From Felis catus (lineage: Eukaryota): 64,000 bases of DNA. Made by a program: the position numbers and the translations under genes. The notes under the pieces were generated by a model. It did no database searches and had not been told where the DNA came from. It saw only the letters and a program-made list of their open reading frames with translations. The DNA lies in contig NC_058369.1 of the NCBI RefSeq assembly GCF_018350175.1, positions 19,470,001 to 19,534,000 of the forward strand. The letters run 5' to 3'. The stretch's first letter is position 1. Every line of letters begins with the position of its first letter. Positions 55,982 to 64,000 of the stretch are shown one piece after another.

Positions 55982-58319
55982 TCGTAGACCAATCCTGCAA
56001 GTCCCTGCTGCCTCCTGGGCTGATTTGACCCATGCAGGGACCAGCCACAGGGTCTTTGTTATTTTCTGAACCCCTGTAACTAGTGAGATTAACTAGGGCT
56101 TGCTTGCTTGTTGTCAAGAGATGAGCAGAAGCTCAGGAGAAAAGCTTTAGGACCAGAATACTTTAATACTTTAGTGCCTACCCATGCTGCTCCTGCCTGG
56201 CCCAGGCACAGCACAGCTCAGCCACACCTTTGCAGAGTGTTCTTGGGTTCTGGCTGCAGTTCTGGCTTCATTACATATCCACAAGATCTTTGAGCCTCAT
56301 ATGCACCCTCCATAGAGTGTGATACACCTGGTGTGGCACCTGGCACCTGGATGGAATGGACAAGCAGAGTTGCCAGGAATTGACTGACTAAAGCCAGGCA
56401 TGCCCTCCACACACCGAGTCCATGTGCTGGCTATGGGGCAGCATATGGCAGGGCCAGTAGGGTTACAGAGAACAGAGGCTCTTGCATTGACCAAGCAGTC
56501 AGAGAGGTCTTCCTAAAGGTGGCACTTGAGCTGAGATTTGAGAGGAGGGAGAGAGGGCAAGGATATTCCATGTGAAAAGTTGCCATCTCAGAGTATACGT
56601 GCTCCTGGCCAGGCTGCTGGCCGGGGACCCTGGGCACTAATTTGCAGGTCTGGGTTATCAGATCCAGAGATAGGCCCATGGTGTGGCTTGGGGAGGGAGA
56701 CTACCCAAGGGACATGGTGGCAGGTAGAGCTGCCACCTAGTCTCTGCTGTGTGTTCCCTTTGACCATAGAGGGGAGCTGGTCACACCTCCTGCCCTGGGG
56801 CCCCATGGACCTGGTTGTCAGCAACCCTCCCTACATCTTCCACCAAGACATGGAGCAGCTGGCCCCTGAGATCCGCAGGTACAGGGTATGATAGGAGGGA
56901 GCCAGGCCTGAGAAGGCCTTGGGGGATGTGTCTGCCCTGGGGGAACTACACCATTGGGAGGGCCAGGGAGGGAGAGGGGACTGAAAGGGACAGTGATGTT
57001 GAAAGAGAGGTTCACTTAGGAGCCCACAGACCTACTCGGTTCAGCTTCTGCCTTCCCACTTAAGACCACTGAACTTCTCTGAGCCTCATTTCCTGCCTTT
57101 GAAAGGGGAGTGATAGACCTTTGCAGGGCCATGAGGAGGACTTAGCAATGAATAACATTAGATATGGTATAGAATACATAGAAGGTGCTCAAATGGGTAC
57201 ATCATTTTACAGAAGAATGAGGCCCGGAGAGGGAAGATGCCTGGTCCAAGGTCATGTAGGGCCTTAGCAAGAAGGCTGGGACTAAGACCCTACTCCAGGC
57301 TTTGCTGTGAGTCATCCTGTTCTCAAACAAGGGCTGAGAACTAGGGGTAGCCCAGGATCCCTTGGACGAGGCAGCAGTAATGTGGGTCAAGGTGCTGGCT
57401 CCCCCTTTCCAGGCTCTCAGGAATGGTCTAGCCAGTTCCAAGCTCCGCCCCCCCCCCCCCCCCCCCCCCCCCCCGCTCCAGACTAAGCATAGGAACAGAC
57501 TTGCCTTGCTATCAGTCAGTGGGATTCGCTAAGCACTCCCAGCACTGCCTGGTGGGCTGCTGCCTATAGGAGGTAGGGGCATCAGAGCTGCTGTTTGGGG
57601 TCTCCTTCCTCTGTGTCCTCAGATTTTCCTCTCAGCCCAGAGTGTAAGTTCCATGGGGCCCCTTTGTGGAGGGCCCTGCTCAGTTTAAGATACCCCCTGT
57701 CCCAGACTCTCACCTTCCACTGTTTTCCCTTCAGCTATGAAGACCCAGTAGCCCTGGATGGTGGGGAGGAGGGCATGGACATCATTACCCACATCTTGGC
57801 CCTGGCACCTTGGCTTCTGAAGGACTCTGGGTATGGATAGGGCAGATCTCCTGGATCTGTCCCAGTGTGTACTAGGCCTGCCCTGACAGTCATTCTGCCC
57901 CCACGCCTCCCGGTCCAGGTAACCCAGAAGTGCAGGTCCTAGTTCTGCCTGGTTGAGCTGACCCATTTCTCCTCCATGTAGGAGCATCTTCTTAGAAGTG
58001 GACCCAAGACATCCAGAGCTTGTTGGTAGCTGGCTTCAGAGCCGGCCTGACCTGTCCCTTGATCTCGTGGCTGTGCGCAAGGATTTCTGTGGGAGGTGAG
58101 CTCTACCTACCCCACCCCTACCTCCATAGTCATAGCCACACTGGTTCTTCCACTCAGGCCATCCACAGCTCTGGCTGTGGGGAGAATGTGCTGTTCCCAC
58201 ACTCTGCTCATCCCCTGGGATTCAGGCAATGATTGGCCTCTTGCCCCTGTCTCCTTAGGCCCAGGTTCCTGCATATCCGGAGGTCTGGGCCACAGTGTGG
58301 CTGCCTTATGGAAGCCTGA
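49988..58319 (+). CDS. HEMK1: HemK methyltransferase family member 1 (mitochondrial release-factor N5-glutamine methyltransferase), 347 aa
   Basis: Exons 49988-50215, 50514-50605, 50918-51011, 54979-55113, 55442-55506, 55784-55833, 56770-56878, 57735-57830, 57982-58095, 58259-58319. All introns GT-AG; 1044 nt. Motifs [24 protein letters not shown] (SAM binding), SNPPY (catalytic), ALDGGEEG. Confidence 0.97.
51082..51100 (+). promoter_or_regulatory. CTCF motif (forward), in a HEMK1 intron
   Basis: TTTCCTCCAGGGGGCGCTG, with its CpG retained. Confidence 0.55.
55918..55979 (+). repeat. (AC)31 microsatellite in a HEMK1 intron
   Basis: Uninterrupted 62 bp. Confidence 0.97.
57448..57474 (+). repeat. 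C27 homopolymer
   Basis: Read directly; GCTCC occurs on both sides. Confidence 0.9.
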
Positions 58320-58651
58320 CCAGGGCCCCAGCCTACCAGAGTGCCTGGCTGATCCTTCTTCCTGGAATGCTACTTAGAGGGAGGTGATGGCACTTTCTAG
58401 AACCCAGATGCTTATGACATTTCCCATGGCTCTGTGATTCCCCAAGCTCCACATTTCTGGGAGACTTGGGGATAGAAGCAAGGGTGGGGATGTCCTTCTT
58501 GGGGTGGCAAAGAACAAGGACATCCATAGTTTGGCTCAGAGCTGAGCAGACCTAGGTTCCCATTCTGGCTTCCCATCACAGTGTGGCCAAGGGTAGGTTG
58601 CTCAGTGTCTCTGTGAGTGGAATTGCCTTGGGGATGTTGGGAGATATGGCC

Positions 58652-58657
58652 AATAAA
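58652..58657 (+). terminator. HEMK1 proximal polyadenylation signal AATAAA
   Basis: About 330 nt after the stop codon, with a GU/U-rich element 'tgttttgttactgtgatttgtgg' ~30 nt downstream. Confidence 0.75.
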
Positions 58658-61315
58658 GTGTCGAGAGACCAACAAATAGTCGTCTAATGTTTTGTTACTG
58701 TGATTTGTGGGTCCCCTGCCCCCTTGTCCCCAGGCAGTGCTGGGAGTAAGAGCTTCCTCCTGCTCCAGCAGGACTAGCCATCAGTCTCCCATCTGGTGGG
58801 AGTGTGAGAGTGCAGTGTGGAGAAAGGCACATGGGTGCTCCTTTTGGCCTTGGATGCCAGGGCCTTGGGACTGATCAACTCACTCCCAGGGTTCGACCTA
58901 GCCCTCAACTGCCCTAGGTACACTCCCACACACCCTGACTGGGTCTAGGCTCTGAGCACAGGAGTGTCATCTGAATTTCAACTCAGAGCTGACTGCCTGC
59001 TTTCTGGAGGGGATTGGGCTGAGGGTCTTTGGTGCACAGTTCTGGGGTCACCTATCCTCATTTATTTCACTGAAGGCTTGAGCCAGTAAGGAGTAAGCAG
59101 CGTTTACGTTTACTTTTTATTCTCATAGCTTTTGGCTAAAACATTCCTTCCAAGTTGACCTTGCAGTTTCAGGTAACCCATCTGTCCCTGGTTGGAGCTG
59201 GGGAGAGTGAGAAACCCAGACAGCGCAGGTAGCTGGTTGTGACCTCCACCCAAGCTCTGGTCTGTGCAGACTTGTGGCCACCAGGAGGCCTGAAAGCCCA
59301 GCCCTTCTGTCCACAGCGACAGGAAACCTCCCAGTTGGCAGGTGCTGGTGTGAATCTGCATCAGAGTGGGTCCTGAGGAACATGCCAGACCAGACTGGCT
59401 CATCCCACTGGCACTTTCAAGGGCCTGACCTGGTGGTACGGTGGCCAGAGGCAGTATGGTCTGGTGGTCAGTATCCTCTGCTAAAGCTAGGATGCTGGGC
59501 TCCAGGGCTGTGTCTTGCACTGGGACCTCGGGCAGCTCCTTTCCCTGCAAGAAGCTGGCTCTTCTGGCTCCAAGACCAGTGTAAGGTGGCAGCCTCATTT
59601 TAGCCTCAGTCAGCCAGGTGGGGTGTGAGCTGGCATCTGAATCCTCACTCCTCCAGCAGGGACTCCCCAAGAGAAGATGTGGCCTGCCTGACATCCCATG
59701 GTGGGAAGTAGCCAAGTGGAGATGGGAAGTTAGGTCCCTGCCTTTGGGGCTCATATTGTATTGCTGGGCTCATACCTGGCTTGAGTGACCCACTCCTTCC
59801 CCTACTGTGCTGAGGGTCACATCTGCCTTAGCAGGGGCCACACTGCAGCTCCTAAGGCTCCTGTGTCCTGCTTCTTGCCCAATGCCAGCCACATGGACTC
59901 CAAGCTCCTCCTGACTTCGTTTGAGGAGGATCAGGGACTCCCCATCATGGCTGCCTAGAAGGAACCTGGGAGGGTGCTGTAGGGCACAGCCAGAGAGAGG
60001 TTCCTGGCTTTCTGAGCCCCCTTGTGCTCTCCAACCTCTGCCCACGTAGGTCCTTACCAGTATCGCCCATCTCTTCTGCCTGTGCCCTTCAGCTCCTGCT
60101 GTCTTCAGCAGCATCTCAAGGCAACCTGCCCCATTGTTCCACAGCCTGGGCCACACCTCAGCCAGTACTGGCTTCCCTGATGGTTTCACTCTCCTGGCCT
60201 TGGACCTATCACCGAGGAAAGGTCTTGGCAAGCATGTGGATATGTCACCTCAAGAGACCATAATGATGGGAATTACAGTGTCGGGGCAGGGGTCACAGAA
60301 GCAGGAGCAACCTTTGGAGACAACCTTCCTAGAAAACCATGAGGCTTGACTCCTCTGATAAAGAGATGCAGGCCAAGTGGACTGGCGGGCCGGGCCTCAA
60401 GCCTGCAGCTAGAGGGGTGGCCAGAGGCCCCTGTGGGGGCCACGTACAGCACTGGCTTGATTGGGCCTTGGACATTGAGCTCTGATGTTGAAGCCACACC
60501 ACCCTGAGTTCAGATCTTGGCATCTGCCCCTCACCAGGATGTGACCTTGGCCAGATGACTTCACCTCCCTCAGCCTTGGCTTTCATACCTGATAAATGGG
60601 ACCCTGTGCTTTATCTCATAGGATGGTTCTGAGGAGTCCGCGGGATGCACCTTTGACGGGGCATTGTGTTTTCACTGCTTGCTCCAGAGAGCAGACATGT
60701 GGGGAGACACAGGGAGGGCCTGTACCCTTATGCATCTGTCTGGTGCTTGACACCAAAACAAAGCAGGCAGAGAAATGGCAGTTTGGAAAGGAGGGAAGGC
60801 AGGGATTTCACTCTTGGGCTCTTGACGTCTACCTGCTCTCTGGAGATGGAGCCCCCAAGAGGCTGGTAGTCTGGCCACCTAGATTTCCCTCAGCACCTCC
60901 TCTCTGCACTAGGACTTGAATGGCCTGAGGTCCAGGCCACAACAATCAGTGGCTCTGCCCAGGAAAGCCAGGCTCACCTGCCCTATCTCCTCCCTCCTTC
61001 CTGGGGCCAAAGCAGGAGATGAGTACCCCCCACCCCCGCCCCAGCATGTGTTATGGAGCTGATGGTAGTGTCCAGGCTCTTCAGACCCCTGAGATCTTGA
61101 GGGATGTGCCTACTGCCCTTCCAGCCTCCTTCAGCCAACCCTAAGCATGGGCAGGGAGTGTAGGAGTCCTTGACTGATGTACTCGGAAAGCAATTCCATC
61201 CTGTTTGCTGACAGTTGAGGAAACAGGCTTTGTCTCACAGTTGGGTGCTTGTCCTAACTGCCCTTAGGTTTCTCCATGGGGGCCCATCTAGCTGCCCTAT
61301 TGAAATGTACCCCTA

Positions 61316-61548
61316 GGGGCGCCTGGGTGGCGCAGTCGGTTAAACGTCCGACTTCAGCCAGGTCACGATCTCACGGTCCGTGAGTTCGAGCCCCGCATCA
61401 GGCTCTGGGCTGATGGCTCAGAGCCTGGAGCCTGTTTCCAATTCTGTGTCTCCCTCTCTCTCTGCCCCTCCCCCGTTCATGCTCTGTCTCTCTCTGTCCC
61501 AAAAATAAATAAAAACGTGGAAAAAAAAAATTAAAAAAAAAAAAAAAA
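61316..61548 (+). mobile_element. Young SINEC_Fc (Felidae CanSINE)
   Basis: CpG-rich head, long A tail, perfect 14-bp TSD GAAATGTACCCCTA at 61302-61315 and 61549-61562. Confidence 0.97.
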
Positions 61549-61575
61549 GAAATGTACCCCTAAACTCGTAAAGCC

Positions 61576-61854
61576 TTTTCTTTTTAATTTTTAAAGTTTT
61601 TTTAATGTTTATTTAAACATTTTTTTCTTAATGTTTATTTATTTTTGAGAGACAGAGAGAGACAGAATGATCAGGGAGGGGCAGAGGGAGAGGGAGACAC
61701 AGAATCCGAAGCAGGCTTCAGGCTCTGAGCTGTCAGCACAGCTGACATGACAGCCCCCTGACATGGGGCTCAAACCCATGAACTGTGAGATCATGACCTG
61801 AGCCAAAGTTGGATGCTTAACTGACTGAACCACCCAGGTGTCCCAATGTTTATT

Positions 61855-61896
<42 letters not shown>

Positions 61897-62063
61897 AGCA
61901 CAAGTGGGGGAGGGGCAGAGAGAGAGGGAGACAGAATCTGAAGCAGGCTCCAGGATCTGAGCTGTCAGCACAGAGCCCAACACGGGGCTTGAACTCACAG
62001 ACTGTGAGATCATGACCTGAGTCAAAGTCAGACGCTTAACTGACTGAGACACCCAGGTACCTC
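61576..62063 (-). mobile_element. Two nested CanSINEs (inner copy 61615-61844 within the tail of the outer copy)
   Basis: Two complete heads, ending at 61844 and 62063. The inner copy is flanked by AATGTTTATTT at 61604-61614 and 61845-61855. Confidence 0.9.
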
Positions 62064-63120
62064 GCCCCTAAACCCTTTCCTGACACCACCCTGTACCTGG
62101 ACCCTGGGCCATTGACTGCTGCCAATCCCTGCCCTAAACCCTTGGCTGTCTCCTCATGACTTAAGTATGGTCACTGTGTCCTGAAGAGTCCAGGTCTGAA
62201 GAGGTGGGAGGGGGGTGGTGATGGCTGTGGGAAAGGCCCTGTGTGGACCCCTTTCAAAGCCCCATCAGTGCTCTGAGTAAGCTTCCATCAGAACAAAGTG
62301 TTCCACTGCTGACAGGCTTTGAGAGCTGCTTTAACCTTTTCAGGCCAGCATGTCCTTCCCTGTTCACCTTCGGATTCTTTTGTCCACCGCCCTGGACTGC
62401 AGCTTTCTCGCAGGACTCTCTATTCCCTAAACATACCTCCTTCCCTTTGCCCAGGCAGTGTCTCCCATCAGGAATGCCTTGCCCACCACTGCCATCGAAA
62501 TGATCCCTCCCCTCCCTTCAAGCTCCAACATAGATGCTGCCTCCTCCAGAACACCCGCCCTGATCCCTCTGTCCTCCCTCCCTCCTACATACCATGCTCC
62601 TAGCCCAAACTTCTGCCAGCACTGATGACATTCTGCCCCATGCATTTGGAAACCTTCCTGTCTCCCTCATCTCTCTAGGGCCCCATGTGGGTCTGGCATA
62701 CCCTAAGGTCAGTAATGTCCACTCATAAACCAACAATGTGTGTATTTTCTAGAGTGGAGCTGGAACTTCCTGTGTGGCTCTTGTCTGATCTGACAGCAGC
62801 TTTTGCATATTCTGGTCAATAGGGAGAGAAGAAGCTATGAGGGCCCAGCCTCCCACCCAAACTAGGCAGCTGTCCGAGTTAAGCCATGGCTACTAATGGG
62901 CTCAAGTGCACCTGATCTGTGCACAGCGGCTGCGCCAGGAGTACAGGCTGTTCTTGGCGGCAACGGGGGCAGGTGCCAGGTTTCCTGGAGCTCTGGGCCC
63001 TGGCCAGCCCCCACCCAGAGTCTTGGCCAGAACAGCGGCCTGATCCCCTGTCAGGACTCCTCAGTCCTGGACGAGGCTTCTGGATGGGGCTTGGGATTGG
63101 CAAAGCAACCCTACCCCTCC

Positions 63121-63700
63121 TGTGGCAGACAGAAAAATGGCCCCTAAGATGTCTGTGTCCTAATCCCCCAAACCTGTGAATGTGTTACCTCATATGGCAA
63201 AAGGAACTGCAGGTGTGATTAAGTTAAGGATCTTGAAATGGAAGGATTATCCTGGATTATTCAGATGAGTTCAGTGTGATCAACAAGAGTCCTTATAAGA
63301 TGGGGGTGGGGAAGGAGATTCGAGGGAAGCAGAGGTCACAGGGAGACAGTGTGCTGGAGAAAAGGGCCATGAGCCAAGGAATGCAGACAGCCTCTAGACA
63401 CTGGCAAGGGCGAGGAAATACATTCTCCCCTAGAGCCTCAAGAAAGAATAGAATCCTGCCAGTGCCTTGATTTTCGCCTGGTGAAACTAATTTTGGACTT
63501 CTGACCTCCGGAGCTATAAAATGATAAATTTGTGTGGTTTTAAGCCACCAGATTTGTAGTAATATGTTACAGCAGCAGTAGGAAACTAGTACAGATTTTG
63601 CTACTTGAAGTGTTGCTGTCACAAATACCTAAAAATGGAAGTGGCTTTGGAAATGGGCAGGAGCTGGAGGAAATTTGAGGTGCATGATAGATTGCCTTGA
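63121..63700 (+). mobile_element. MLT1 (MLT1D-like) LTR 63121-63593 plus start of MLT1 internal sequence
   Basis: TG...'ggaaactagtaca' LTR ends, then 'gattttgctac...acaaatacctaaaaatggaagtggctttggaa', typical of MLT1-int as recalled. Confidence 0.85.
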
Positions 63701-64000
63701 ATACCTCTGCTCTGAGAAGGGGGGTGGCTGAGGTGGGGATGGGGAACACCCCTCCATCTGGAGACCTGAGCTGCCCAGGCTCTCTATCCACAGGTCTAAT
63801 GTGGTAGAGAAGACTGGAAGACTGCTCGGGGTGGGCCCTGGAGAGGCTGGCCTGGCACCAGGGACAGCTATGGAATAGGACTGTGATCAGGGGAAAGGAG
63901 GCAAGGCTGGCTTCCATGGCCCATCTCTGTGGCATGGGGGCCTTCAGAGAGGCCTTCAGGCCTTCAGAGAGGATGTCAGGGACTGGATCCAGCACCTCTT

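Noticed and set aside
59110..60231. 214-aa and 153-aa minus-strand ORFs downstream of HEMK1
   Set aside because: No similarity I recognise to CISH (no SH2 or SOCS box) or any other family, and no supporting splice pattern.
61316..61400. tRNA-like A/B boxes
   Set aside because: This is the head of a tRNA-derived CanSINE, not a tRNA gene.

Overview
Mammalian genomic DNA, almost certainly a felid: the SINEs are CanSINE/SINEC_Fc type. Two spliced protein-coding genes sit head-to-head. A C3orf18 orthologue is on the minus strand (4 coding exons, 40369-45302, 162 aa). HEMK1 is on the plus strand (10 coding exons, 49988-58319, 347 aa). I rebuilt both exon by exon, with GT-AG junctions and consistent frames. 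I found no protein-coding gene in the first ~38 kb. That stretch is GC-rich and carries several AT-rich, homeodomain/SOX/PBX-motif-dense islands, an orphan CpG island and three strong CTCF motifs. By recalled human 3p21.31 synteny (CACNA2D2-C3orf18-HEMK1-CISH) it may be the upstream regulatory domain of CACNA2D2; this is inference, as CACNA2D2 is not in the window. Repeats include six CanSINEs, an ERV1 solo LTR, MLT1 elements, an old L1, a MER91-type MITE, MIR/L2 and microsatellites. I see no evidence of a new multi-gene system, and nearly all ORF-track entries are spurious. The best leads are: an apparent stop-loss C-terminal extension of HEMK1; a recent 146-bp local duplication; an oriented CTCF layout; palindromic and tandem homeodomain modules; a GCAUG cluster in C3orf18; an orphan 12-nt microexon-like element; and three SINEs inserted at one site.
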